Notes: generated from the sequence alone by a model not told the origin. Counted from the first letter of the stretch, positions 35,454-48,234 are shown. The stretch: DNA of 64,000 nucleotides from Schmidtea polychroa (GCA_044892525.1 CM097885.1:17672001-17736000), one strand, 5' to 3'. Numbers and translations: made by a program.

Positions 35454-36842
35454 TTAAAAATCTGTTTTCTGTAACTCATTATTATAAAATCTACCTAATA
35501 TTTTTTCATTATTTAAATCGATGATACCATATGTTATTGGAGTTGTATGATGTATTTTATTTATAATAAAAATTTCATTTGTCCATTTTGCTGTGAATCC
35601 TTTTTCAAATTTATTTTTATATTTAAATATTCTTACGCGGTCACCAATTTTAAATTTTGGTTTTATAGGGGTTGTATCAACAATAACATCATTTTCAATA
35701 TTTACCACTTTAATGGTTTCAGGCTTCATGGAAGCATTTAAGGGTGTTGATTTTATAGAACTATGTACATCATTATTATATTCATTTACAATCTTTTGTA
35801 ACAATTCATTATTCCATTTTTGTTTTCCAATAGCAGTAAAATATTTCCACATTTTATATTTTAATGTTCTATTTAATCTTTCAACTACGACTGCTTTTCC
35901 TTCGTTTTCTGTTGAATATAATTTAATATCATTTTCATTTAAAAACTTTGTAAAAACTTTGTTATAAAATTCTGTTCCTTTATCACACCATAAATATTTT
36001 GGAATTCTTTGATATTCTTCAAATATATTTTCAAATGCTTCTGTAATTGAATATCCTGTTTTATTTTCTAAACACCTTGCAAAAGCAAATCTTGTATATA
36101 AATCTATTACTGTTAAAATTATTTTATATTTTTCAGGGTCTGATGATTTGGGCATAAAGACTAAATCAGCAGACCATGTTTGATCTTTTTCATGTACTTG
36201 AACTTTTAAATATTTTTTATTTTTTCTAAATTCATGGTGTAATTCGTTGGCATATTTTATTTCTGATTCTGTTGGGTTTTGTAAGGGTTTATTCTCAAAG
36301 AGTTGATTCTCAAGGGATCTTTCAACGTCTGCTTGTTCAATAATCCTTTTATTAGCAACATCTTTTGCTTTTCTAGGAAGTCCTGCTCCTATGAAAATCT
36401 TACCTTTCATTGCTAATTTAACTAGAGCTCTTTGAATCTTTTCTTGGGTTGATGGGTTTTGTATATTATTTAAATCATGTATTAAATTCACATCAGCAAC
36501 ATGTCTATCTCTAAGATCTTCTGAATTGTAAGCAATATCATGTTTTAAAGCTGCTTGGTCGATTCTATTTATTGGTTCTTCTCCTTGTTTAGGATTATTA
36601 TTTTCATCTAATCTAATATCTAATCTTGTTCCTGGCCCAGTATAATTGTGTTTAAATAAATGTCTTTTACCTGGATATTTTTCTGTAGTAAAAGGTTTTA
36701 ATATTGAAGATGTTGTTTTTGAAGATTGTAGATCACCTCCTGTAATATCAACTCTCGTATGTTTTTTAGTTTTGAGATGACTTGCTTTGTGATGTCTTGT
36801 AACTTGACAATTACAACTTTCACATGTCCAATATTTACTCAT
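35454..36842 (-). CDS. Zinc finger - phospholipase A2 - integrase fusion
   Basis: CESC...HLKTKKH. Parvovirus-type PLA2 NYTGPGT...PINRIDQAALKHDIAY...AD. Intact D-D-E core (WSADL, LWCDKG, VVERLNRT). No chromodomain. Confidence 0.92.
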   Translation of the reverse strand: MSKYWTCESCNCQVTRHHKASHLKTKKHTRVDITGGDLQSSKTTSSILKPFTTEKYPGKRHLFKHNYTGPGTRLDIRLDENNNPKQGEEPINRIDQAALKHDIAYNSEDLRDRHVADVNLIHDLNNIQNPSTQEKIQRALVKLAMKGKIFIGAGLPRKAKDVANKRIIEQADVERSLENQLFENKPLQNPTESEIKYANELHHEFRKNKKYLKVQVHEKDQTWSADLVFMPKSSDPEKYKIILTVIDLYTRFAFARCLENKTGYSITEAFENIFEEYQRIPKYLWCDKGTEFYNKVFTKFLNENDIKLYSTENEGKAVVVERLNRTLKYKMWKYFTAIGKQKWNNELLQKIVNEYNNDVHSSIKSTPLNASMKPETIKVVNIENDVIVDTTPIKPKFKIGDRVRIFKYKNKFEKGFTAKWTNEIFIINKIHHTTPITYGIIDLNNEKILGRFYNNELQKTDF

Positions 36843-36871
36843 TTTAAAAGTTTTTTTATGGGGGAATCTAC

Positions 36872-38167
36872 TTATGAAGAATCTCCCCTAACATTTTCAA
36901 TAATTGAAATCTTTCCACCATATAATTTCATTTCTATTTTCTTTTCTTCTAATATTAATGTATATACTTTAGCTTTAAAATTAGAATCCTTTGTTATATG
37001 AAGTGTAACATCAACATTATTTATAGCTAGGCGATCATCTTGGTCTGATACATTTATACAAAATATAGAATATAAATTTTTGAAATCTTCTAAACTTAAT
37101 TGCGGTTCAACTTTGAAATCATAACATGTTTCAATATAATTTAGATATGGGAATATGTTTTCATTATTTTCAATATTAAATTCCATTCTATTTATTGGAT
37201 AATAAGAACTATTTAATTGAATTTGGATTGTTTTTAAATTATCATCTCCAATCTTTTGAATAAATAGATTGTTATTTTTTTGGAAAGATGAATCTACTTC
37301 TTTGAATCCAATCAAGATATATCTTGGTCGGTATGCTAAATTTGCCACCTTTATAGAATATGTTGAACCCTCTGTCATACTAAATTCACTACAGATTCTA
37401 TTTAAATAATTTACATTTATAGACTTGTTGGAATTTAATCTTTCAAGGAGTTTGATTTCAGAATGTGGGTTTAATGTCCATTCAGGTATATGCAATTCAA
37501 GTGTTGATAATTTTAATTTAGCTGTTGTGTCTGCAGCTCCATAGAACAATCTTTTATCACCTTCTACTCTATTACAGATGAGTTCTATAAAAACATTATG
37601 AAGTACACGGTTATAATTTTGAAGGAATCCAAATAAGTGTTTTAATTCAAAATAACCTTCAAATTTTTTCAACTTAAAAAGTTCAACTCTTTTATAGTAA
37701 GCATAATTTATATCTAAACCATCTTTATCTAAATCCCCTTTATTAACATCAGGAATCCAACCTGTTAATTCACCATATTCGTTTTTATAATCACAACCAG
37801 TTAAAATAAAATTTAACATTGTAGAATATACTCCTGGATGCAAAACAGTTTCAATTTCTGATGATCCTAGTTTTAATCTCATGTTGGAGAATAAATTTGG
37901 AAAGAAATTATTTTCTAGGGTTATATCTTTGTTTGCTTCAATTTCGAATTCAATTTTATAATATAATTTGGCATTACAAATATCTATTGGGTTTGATGTT
38001 TGAAGAGATTGAAAAACTATATCACCCCTACGATTTAAGTTTGCAATAGATCCTGAAGTTGGCGAGATTTTTAAAATATCATTTTTCTTGATTTCATGAG
38101 TAAATTCTTTATTATAATCAAGATTTAATTTATTTTTTTCTTGAATTTTAAGATTTATATTATTCAT
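36872..38167 (-). CDS. Polinton B major capsid protein
   Basis: Intact 431-aa ORF with NNFFPNLFS, LKHLFGF, RPRYILIGF and YSIFCINVS motifs, consistent with a Polinton double jelly-roll MCP. Confidence 0.85.
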   Translation of the reverse strand: MNNINLKIQEKNKLNLDYNKEFTHEIKKNDILKISPTSGSIANLNRRGDIVFQSLQTSNPIDICNAKLYYKIEFEIEANKDITLENNFFPNLFSNMRLKLGSSEIETVLHPGVYSTMLNFILTGCDYKNEYGELTGWIPDVNKGDLDKDGLDINYAYYKRVELFKLKKFEGYFELKHLFGFLQNYNRVLHNVFIELICNRVEGDKRLFYGAADTTAKLKLSTLELHIPEWTLNPHSEIKLLERLNSNKSINVNYLNRICSEFSMTEGSTYSIKVANLAYRPRYILIGFKEVDSSFQKNNNLFIQKIGDDNLKTIQIQLNSSYYPINRMEFNIENNENIFPYLNYIETCYDFKVEPQLSLEDFKNLYSIFCINVSDQDDRLAINNVDVTLHITKDSNFKAKVYTLILEEKKIEMKLYGGKISIIENVRGDSS

Positions 38168-38203
38168 TTATATAATAAAAATTTAAAAAATGATAAAAAT
38201 CCG

Positions 38204-38286
38204 AACTCCGATAGCGCAGTGGGCTAGACTGGCACAGTGGTTCAAATGGATAGCGGTTCAAATCCTAACTACGGTTAGTTTTTTTT
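38204..38286 (+). ncRNA. Putative Pol III tRNA-like small RNA, B copy 1
   Basis: A box TAGCGCAGTGG (38212), B box GGTTCAAATCC (38255), T8 terminator. Confidence 0.6.
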
Positions 38287-38436
38287 AACATAAAATAATA
38301 TTAAAAATTTGAAAATAATATTGAAAATGGTGTGGGTATCTTAGATTTATATTTTATTTTATTTATTTTTATTTTATTTTATTTATTTTATTTTATTTTT
38401 TTATTAATTAAAAATTTAAAAAATGATAAAAATCCG

Positions 38437-38519
38437 AACTCCGATAGCGCAGTGGGAATAGACTGGCACAGTGGTTCAAATGCTAGCGGTTCAAATCACG
38501 TCTGAGGTTAGTTTTTTTT
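38437..38519 (+). ncRNA. Putative Pol III tRNA-like small RNA, B copy 2
   Basis: A box at 38445, B box GGTTCAAATCA at 38488, T8. Part of a ~233-bp tandem duplication. Confidence 0.55.
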
Positions 38520-38689
38520 CAACATAAAATAATATTAAAAATTTGAAAATAATATTGAAAATAATTTTTGAAAATAAATATTAAAAAAATATATAGTGTG
38601 GGTATCTTAGGAAATAAATCTTGTTTATTTTATTTATTTATTAATTAATTAATTTTTAAACATAAATATGAAAAAAAAAATATTGAAAC

Positions 38690-39050
38690 GGGTGTGGTGG
38701 CGAACCGGTAATTATCGCCACCAGTCTTTCGAACACCCCCGGATCGATTCTATAATGTGCACATTTATTTCTTGGTTGTTTTCGGACCTCTTTCGGATTC
38801 GCTTTCGAATTCATTTGTACTTTCGAGCAGCACACTTAAAACGCCGATGAAATCGACTTCGTGAGCGAGAAGCGAATAATAAGGTGTGCTGCTATTATCG
38901 AATTGATTCTGATATATGAGTCTGGCCAGCTTGTATATTGGAAGAGATTTGATAAACGAAAGAGGTTGAAATAAAAAAAAAATGATCCGGATCAAAAAAA
39001 ACTGTTGAGAGGACAGTGAAAAAAAAATACCACTGTCCTCCCAGAGCAGT
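38690..39050. other. Conserved GC-richer structured non-coding subterminal region of B
   Basis: Hairpins GGTGGCGA/TCGCCACC, GCAGCACAC/GTGTGCTGC and GAGGACAGTG/CACTGTCCTC. Conserved at 52995-53375 and partly at 48675-48860. Confidence 0.65.
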
Positions 39051-39142
39051 TTTACTATTTTCATAAAATTTTTTATTCTTCAAGATTAAGATTTATAAAA
39101 TTATAAATTAGTCAAATAGCAACTTGCTAGTTGACATCCTCA

Positions 39143-39408
39143 AGTAGTGTGTTTATATCCCTAACGACCGCAAGCCGACAAACGTTTTTCATAGTTTTAT
39201 CAGTATTTTTTTCCCCGTTTTATTAATATTTTTGTTGTTTTTTTTAAGTCTTTATTTTGAAACCAAAATGTCTTCAGAATAAAGAAATTAAAAGATATAG
39301 GTTTTTAGGGGTTTTAAGTGTTTTTTTTTACGTTTATGGGGGAAAAATAGGTATAAAACATGAAAACAGTGGGAGGCTTGTGGTCGTTAGGGATATAAAC
39401 ACACTACT
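39143..39408. repeat. Right TIR of B, itself bounded by a 34-bp inverted repeat
   Basis: AGTAGTGTGTTTATATCCCTAACGACCGCAAGCC ... GGCTTGTGGTCGTTAGGGATATAAACACACTACT. Confidence 0.92.
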
Positions 39409-39414
39409 GATGTG

Positions 39415-40740
39415 ACTCCCGCTGAATATGAGACAGCTCAGAGAATTTGGCTTGAAACTTCATGTACTTCACTTTTTGATTACATGATGGCTTATTTAAA
39501 ACTTGATGTTTTCCTTTTAGCCGATTTTTTCCAGCAATTTAGAGCTAAGTCCATTGCTCATAACCGACTAGAGCCATTAGATTTCTTAGGTATTCCAGGT
39601 ATGTCTTGGAATTCAGCCTTATTAACTTTAAACTCTCCAATTGAGCTCCTCACCGATATGGAGATGTATAACTTTTTCGAGGGCGGTATCCGTGGCGGAC
39701 TAACTTTTGTAAATAAACACTATGTAAAAACAGACCCGGATACTGCTTTGCTTTACATAGATATAAATAATTTATACGGTTGGGCTTTAAGTCAACCATT
39801 ATCTTGCAGTGACTTTGAATGGGTTACTGATGATAATTTATTAAATAATATAATTGTTGAATGCACAACGGTAGATTTAGATCTGCTTAATTATGGTTAT
39901 ACCATAGAAGTATTATATTAACACAAATACGGCGTTACGAGCAGCGTCGGCAAATAAACTTGATAAAAGTTTTTATAGATTATTAAACAACAGTCTTTAC
40001 GGCAAGACTGTTGAAAATCTTAAAAAACGTATTAATTTACGTCTGTGTAATTCTTCACAGAAATTATTAACATTCTGTTCGAAACCGACTTTTTGTAAAT
40101 CCACGAAAATCGATGATGACTTGATTTCGGTTTTATTGAGGAAGGACACAGTGTGTTTGAATAGACCTAGTTACATTGGTCAAACTGTACTAGATTTATC
40201 CAAACTCAGGATGTACGAGCTGCAGTATGAAGAGTTGCAAAAATATCTCGACGAATTCAACTGCGAAATTAATATCGTTGCTGGGGACACAGATTCCTTC
40301 TTCTTGGAAATTAAACATTGTAGTCTTGACATTCTTTTACCTGCGATGATTAGAGATCAATTATTAGATACTTCGAAATATGACCCAAATCATCTTTTAT
40401 ATAATAGGAACCTTGATTCTGTCATTGGTAAATTCAAAGACGAGAATAAAGGGTTATTATATAAAGATTGGGTGTTCTTGAGATCTAAATGTTACAGATT
40501 GATGGGTGATGAGGAAAGTATGAAGGCTAAGGGGATAAGTATGAAAGATACTGGACTCACACATCAGTCGTATCTAGATTGTTATTTAAACGATAAAATA
40601 TACACAGTCCCTCAGTTTAGAATAACATCAAAAAAATCACCAACTTTTTAGTATTAAAAATAATAAAAGAACCTTGGCATGTAGAAATGATAAGCGAAAT
40701 TAGGTGGATAAAAATCAAAGTTTGGCATATGGCCATTATA
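39415..40740 (+). pseudogene. pPolB of A, 3' part
   Basis: Continues PIWKDV|TPAEYE. YLKLDV, GIRGG, YIDINNLYG, LLNNSLYGKT, AGDTDS and KAKG motifs. Internal deletion near 39920 and frameshifts. Confidence 0.92.
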
Positions 40741-40977
40741 GGGGCGGTGACACCGATATATTTATAGATTCAACGGAAGCTATCTCAGCAGATGATCCAG
40801 ATGATTTCCTTGATCCAGCAGATGATAATTATTTTGGACATGATTATTTTCGATGATGTGGTTAAATTATTTAATAATTGTATTGATTTTATTGTCTTGA
40901 ATATTTTTAACAGTACCTTTGCGAGCAGTACATTAGTAACCTTTACCTTTGTGACCATTACCCAATGTTTTAATAAA

Positions 40978-41836
<859 letters not shown>

Positions 41837-41966
41837 TATTATTTCAGGTTCTTTGAACTCAATAATAATTTTGTCAGTATATGCTTCTTCTGATAATCCT
41901 AAACTAGTAGCCAAAATTTACTAAATTGAACTTTACTGACAACATCTTCCAATATAATTTTAACTC

Positions 41967-42193
41967 TTTTTCCTTTGAATTTATTGAAAAGAGAGTTTGA
42001 AGACTATAAATCAGTAATATATCGATGTTTGTTGATAATCGCAAATTTTCGGCACTGCCTTTTTCAAGTGAATTTTCCTTGAAAATATTCACTTGAAAAA
42101 GGCAGTGCCGAAAATTCTTGAGTATCAACAAACATCGATATTTTACAGAGTTATAGTCTTCAAACTCTCTTTTTAATAAATTCAATGGAAAAA
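41967..42193. repeat. ~225-bp imperfect palindrome (foldback/MITE-like)
   Basis: Arms such as TTTTCGGCACTGCCTTTTTCAAGTGAAT / ATTCACTTGAAAAAGGCAGTGCCGAAAA, centred near 42079. Confidence 0.85.
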
Positions 42194-42539
42194 ATAATCA
42201 GTGGTGAAATTGGAAGAAATATAAGTTCTAATAATAAAACTCTTTCCGTTTTGAATTTCACTTGATTTAAATGGACGAGGATAAAAGATCGATAATTGAT
42301 CATTTATTTGATATACAAAATATTTTTTCAATCTTTCTCTTAAAGTTCGATCAAATCATTCTACATGAGGTTAAAATACCGATTAATGATTTATTCTTTT
42401 GATATCCTCTAACTTTGTTATAAAATTCTATATCTAATTATTCACTTAAAATTTAATTTAATTTAATTTAATTATTCAAATTAGTTTGTAAATTACTAGG
42501 TTGACCATCATCAAACATTTGTTTTATTCATCAGCCATT

Positions 42540-43330
42540 TCATTAGTATATTTGGTTTTTGTAGGGAAAAGCGCGCGTATCTATTAAAAATACCAATGTA
42601 AGTCAAAATATATTTGTATCATTTGTAGATTTTCGAATAAGGAATCATTTCCATCAAATCCATTTACCATAAATCATTGATTCCAAATGTTTTGTACAGC
42701 CTTGTTGGGATTCGCTTCACCATTGGTTTATTTAAATTATAGATGACCATTTCTGAGTTTCTTTCTTTGAATTATTCACTCGTTTGGTTAATTTTCAGTG
42801 GTTACTCGTCCATATAAGCAATGCAAGTATTGCTTGCACTTCAATTTTGAGAGATTCTATATTTTAAATTTAAAAAAACTCTTTAGAAGACCTTTTGGCT
42901 ACTAAAGACAATTTTTATGATTTAGTAACTAAAGAAAAACAAGAAGAATTGAGTTTATATATAAATAAAATTTATTTTTTGAATTTTTCTTTTTTATTGC
43001 TTGCACAAAAATTTTGAGTACAAGCCGCCACTGTTAATTTTTCTTTACCACCAAAATCATCTGGATCTTTTGGGTTTGTCCATATTGATCTGAGCTTTTT
43101 CTCATTTGTTTTGGAAAATGTTTCTTTCATTATTACAACACGTCGTCAAAATATTAAAATCTACAATAATTTTATTTTGTAATGAACTTTTAATGCCCTT
43201 TAAGAATTTAATGATGCAATTGCACTAAATACTGAAAAGACTATTGGGATTAATACACCCAAGAATCCATTTTCTGTTTATATATCATCTTTCTCATCAG
43301 ACGCCGATTTTAATATCGACTAACGATAAA
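42540..43330 (-). pseudogene. Relic of an A-family Polinton (core protein end + integrase 5' part)
   Basis: IWTNPKDPDDFGG, SKKETQKW and PTRLYKTFGINDLW*MDLMEMIPYSKI match 11327-11600. Confidence 0.8.
42796..43033. mobile_element. hAT-type MITE
   Basis: CAGTGG...CCACTG ends with an exact 8-bp TSD TTAATTTT. Interrupts the integrase relic. Confidence 0.8.
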
Positions 43331-46122
43331 AGTGAACTAAATTGCTCATTTTCAAACAATTTTATTTTGCTAAAAAATCATAAAATTCTGTTTTGTCAAT
43401 TCTAAAACTTTCAAAACTTATAAAGGTTGAAATCAAAACACATCTTAATAAATTTTTCACAAAACTGTGTTAACTAATATAATTCAATTTCTTCAGTAGA
43501 TAGTGATCAAAAACCTAAGTAAAGAGATGGCGGGTAGTCATTACAATTTATATGGTCTAACTCCCATGACATAAATATTCATAACCAAGATCTGAACAAA
43601 ATCTATGTAAGATAGACTTGAAATCCATTAAGAAAGATGAAGTTAAAAACATTGAATACGCAACTTCTTGTTCAAAATCTTTACGCAAACTGTCTAACAC
43701 TCCAAATACAAAAATGTAAACTTAAACATATAGTTGTTTTTGATGATTTCATCTAACTCAATCCCTTAATGAGAATTTTTAAAAATGTTATTCTTTAGTC
43801 CTAAGCTTCTTTAAACAACCTGTTGGGCTAGAACCGAGAATCGAGAGCTTGTTTTAATGAATCAAAAATACATAACATAAAAATCACACCAAGTTAAATT
43901 AAAACACCAATCAATACAAATTAAAGTACATAACACATTGATGATAAATAAGACCCGGGTGATAAAATAAAGGAACAAAAATAAAGGTCGCAATCACTAA
44001 CACAATTAGGAGAAACATCACATTCGGAATAGCTAGCAACTAAGAAATAAAATAAAAATAAATAAAATAATGGGTAATAAATTAATTAATAATATGAAAA
44101 ATTTCTAAATAAATAAATTTAAAATTTAAAATAAATTATCTAGTAAACTGATAAAATAATAAAAAGTAGAATAAAAGTAGTAAAATTAGATAAACCATAA
44201 AATTTATAAAACTAAATTGTTTAATGAAAACTAAAAATAAAACCAACGAAATTATTTAAATTATAAAACTTATAAAACCAAATTGTTTAAATTAATGAAA
44301 CTAAAGTAAAATTAACTGAACTTATTTAAATTATAAAACTTGTAAAACTAAAAATTAAAATTAGCAAAACTATTTAAATTATAGAATTTATAAAAATAAA
44401 TCTTAAAAATTAATAAAAGTTAGAATTTTTTGATTAATTAAATTAATTTAATTAAAAAATAAACAATTACACACATTCATGCACGCATGCAAAAATTAAT
44501 CAGAATTGCCTCGCATTCTAATTGGATATAACAGCAGAGAATGCGTAGGCGTATAATTCAATCAGTATAAATACTGAGTGAAATTTCATTTTAAAAAAAC
44601 TCTCACGCTCAACTGGTTACACAACAATTCATTTACTGGCAATGAACATATGCTCTCAATTTTCGATTCCATGCCATCGCGGTGAGGTAAATTTGATTTT
44701 TGTTTTGTGTAGTGTAATTTTGTTAGGTCTAATGTTATTTTGAATTGAAGTTAATTTTAGTTAATGTTATTTAGTTAATTTATTTTGTTATTTAGATAAT
44801 GTTATTTTAAATTGGAGTTAATTTTAGTTAATGTTATTTAGTTAATTTATTTTGTTATTTAGATAAGGTTATTTTAAATTGAAGTTAATTGTTAATATTG
44901 GTATGGTATTATTCATTTTGTTGTTGTTAAGTCTAATGTTATACAATTTTAGGAATTAATAAAATTTTTAACGGAATTTGTTTTTAATTACTTCTTATGT
45001 TTGGCGTATGTTATTTTGTCCTTTTTGAATAATATGATAATTTAGGTTGGGTTTTTCTGGATATTTATGTGTCGATGGTCTGGACTGGGGAAGGTTTGTG
45101 GACGGGCGGCACTACGTGCTGTTAGTCGGCAGATGTTTCACCAGTTGAGTCCATCGGGGTAGGGAATATAGATAGGGAGATGAACGGTTACAGGGGGTAA
45201 AATCAATTTGCGATAGTTTAGGGCCCTATTTAGAGTTAGAAAGTATAGGACTTTTATTTTTATAGATATTTCTGAGTTAGGAGAAATATTAGAATAGTTA
45301 TGAACTGTTGTCAGTAGAGGAAGTAGGTTTAGGCAATTTTATAGAAGCCACGAATAGTTAAGATATTCGATCGTTCAGGATTGGGAATACCGGCAGATCC
45401 CTGCTCAAATTTTCATGAGAAGTGTGGAAACATGTTTATTAACTTGTGAATAAGGGCCAATCCCTGCTCAAATTTTTTGAAGGATAATTTGAATATTATA
45501 GGAGGTATAGAATAATAATCATTAGATGAAAAATAAGGGTGGATCCCTGCGAAAAATTTTGTAAGAGAACAATAGGAAATACCTGTAATTGAGGACCACA
45601 AATGATCTAAAACAGCATACATAGTGAATAATGACGTAAGACCTTCCATCGGCAGTCTAGAACCCGAAAGGAAAATATAATGGGGAGTAGTTTTAGCAAT
45701 AGAGCTCACTTGCTCATTGTTTTTTCACCTTTGTGTACAGTACCAACATGGTCGTCGCCATGGGTACACAAATGGGTTAAGGTGCAATAGTCATGGAGGT
45801 GCTTAGGAAAGAGTCGAACGATTACGATTACCCCTGACGTATTTAAAATATAAAATGTCACACCCCTAAGTAACCAACAAAACCCAAAATGAGGAAAACA
45901 GAATCACAATAGAAAATCTGTCTGAAATACTTACAGTACGTTTTATATATTTTGCTCTAGTAAATTAATAGGAAAGACATGTTATAATTCAGCAAAAATT
46001 TTAAATATTTTTAATAATTAAATTATTAATAATAAAAAATCAAATATGTTAATAAATAATTAAGGATAATAATTAATAAAAAAATGATTAATAATAATAA
46101 TTCAAAATAAAACAAGATAATA

Positions 46123-47239
46123 CAGTAAACCCTCCAACTGCGCGGTAGATACGTTCCACAAAAACAACGCGCAAACCGAAACCGCGCACTGTGAACCCGA
46201 TTTTATATGTAATTATGGGGTTAGGTTCCAGATATTACAAAAATATTAAAAAATATAATAAAAAGTCTTTATTCAACGACTAATATACATATTTACATTT
46301 ATATAAACATAAAAACTAATAAAAACAGTCTCAATTCATTGCTTTTACATAATTAATATTACTATTATAAAAATTAATAAAAATTTAACATAAATAAAAA
46401 TTATAAAAAACAATACAAGAACTAAAAAACAGTCTCAATTCAACGACTAAACATAAATAAAAATTAACATAAGTAACGTTATATTAATCACTGCTACATG
46501 CTGATGAGCTTGATTCTATTGGCTGTGATTGTATAATTTTTTGAAAAAAGCTTGTTAACACTGATTGCTTACCAGCTTTTTGTTTTTCTTTATAAATTTC
46601 AGCATATGGTACTAAAGCTGCTGTCAGATTTCTCCGAAATTTTAAGGCACGCTCCATATCAGGGTCTATATTAAGAGCTTGCTGTTCAAGTTGACTACCA
46701 AGTTTTAAAAACTTGATATTTTTTTGGTAGTAAACTTTTTCTCTTCTGTAATCTGTACATCTTCTTCACTTTCATCATTTTCATCATTATTACCGCCGAA
46801 CTGTGTCAAAATATCGTCAACAGTATTATTTTCTTTATTTGACACAAGGACTTCCGTGATATCTTCTGATTCTAAATTTTGAAAACCGTCCCAACCAATT
46901 GTTCTACCTAAAGTCACAATTAAAACTATGTAATTTTACATCCTAATCCTAACCACATCACTAGAAAAATGAAACTGCCTTTATTATTTTTATATAAAAA
47001 ATACAGTGCATCGAAATACGATGAATCACTATTTTCACTACCATATGTATTCGTAGTTTTACGGGATTCACCATAAAAAATTAAATTAACATGATTTTTC
47101 TTGTTAAAATAGACAAAAACAAAAAAAACCGCGCAGCTACGAAATTTTTAGCGCGCAGATCGAAATTTTGGTATTAAAGGTTTGGCCGCGCAATTGCGAA
47201 ACCGCGCAATGAAAAACCGCGCAGTTGGAGGGTTTACTG
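46123..47239 (-). mobile_element. Tigger/pogo-type non-autonomous DNA transposon
   Basis: Perfect 23-bp TIR CAGTAAACCCTCCAACTGCGCGG and TA TSD. Transposase C-terminal remnant (DPDMERALKF...KQSVLTSFF) at ~46480-46917. Confidence 0.92.
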
Positions 47240-47380
47240 TAAATAATAATTAGTAATAACTAATAAATCTACATATTGAACAGTATTTATAATAAATATT
47301 GTAGAAAAATAAAACTAATTGGTACAATATATTTATTGGTTTCCAAATCTTTGTATAAATTGTATGTGGTATTTGTTAAT

Positions 47381-47992
47381 TTATGAATGAATTCTATTAC
47401 AAAGTAATTCTATGAAAACATTATGGAGTATACGATTATAGTTTTGAAGGAATCCAAATAAATATTTTAATTCAAAATAACCTTCAAATTTTTTAGACTT
47501 GTAAAGTTTAACACGTTTATAATAACCATAATTTGTATCTAAACCATCTTTATCTGTATCACCTTTATTTACATAAGGGATCCAACCTGTTAATTTACCA
47601 TATTCATTTTTGTAATCACAACCAGTCAAAACAAAATTTAACATTGAACAATATACACCTGGATTCAAAATATTTTCAACTTCTGAGGGTCCTAATTTTA
47701 ATCTCATGTTGGAGAAGAAATTTGGGAAGAAATTATTTTCTAGGGTTATATCTTTGTTTTCTTCAATCTCTAATTCAATTTTGTAATATAATTTTGCATT
47801 ACAAATATTTATAAGGTTTGATGTTTGAAGAGATTGAAAAACTATATCACCTGAGCGATTTAAATTTGAAATGGAACCAGAGGTTGGAAAAATTTTAAGT
47901 ACATCATTTTTCTTAATTTCATGAATAAACTGTTTATCATAATCAAGATTTAATTTATTTTTTTCTGAAATCTCGAGATTTATATTGTTCAT
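47381..47992 (-). pseudogene. Truncated MCP of a B-related Polinton relic
   Basis: Aligns to the first ~200 aa of 36872-38167 with many substitutions. Confidence 0.9.
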
Positions 47993-48234
47993 TTTTATAA
48001 TAGAAATTTCAATTTTTTATATTTTTATATTTTTCAATATTTATTAAAATCTTGAGCATTTATTCTCGGGTGTCTATATTTAGAGTATATTAAATTATTA
48101 TTAAAATCTTTAGTGTTAATTCTCGAGTGTCTATGTTTAAAACATATTAAATTATTATTATTAAAATCTCGGGTGTCTATATTTAGAGTGTATTGAATTC
48201 TGATAAAAACTTGGAAGTTTAAATTATTATTTCA

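Larger units (their letters stand above)
25258..39408. mobile_element. Polinton/Maverick element B (full length, 14151 bp)
   Basis: AGTAGTGTG...CACACTACT ends, TSD GATGTG, and a full gene set (pPolB, penton, protease, ATPase, integrase, MCP). Confidence 0.96.

Noticed and set aside
29423..38049. Short ORFs antisense or out of frame to Polinton B genes (and equivalents in E)
   Set aside because: They overlap well-supported genes, and their recurrence in E is explained by nucleotide identity.
38668..39083. Protein-coding ORFs in the structured subterminal region
   Set aside because: Frames are not preserved between B and E (variable homopolymer runs), while base-pairing is.
43820..44040. Possible solo LTR (TGTTGGGCTAG...CTAGCAAC)
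   Set aside because: No terminal CA and no TSD found.
45060..45850. GC-richer segment with ORF 45413-45709
   Set aside because: Looks like decayed coding sequence, but I recognise no motif, so it is left unassigned.
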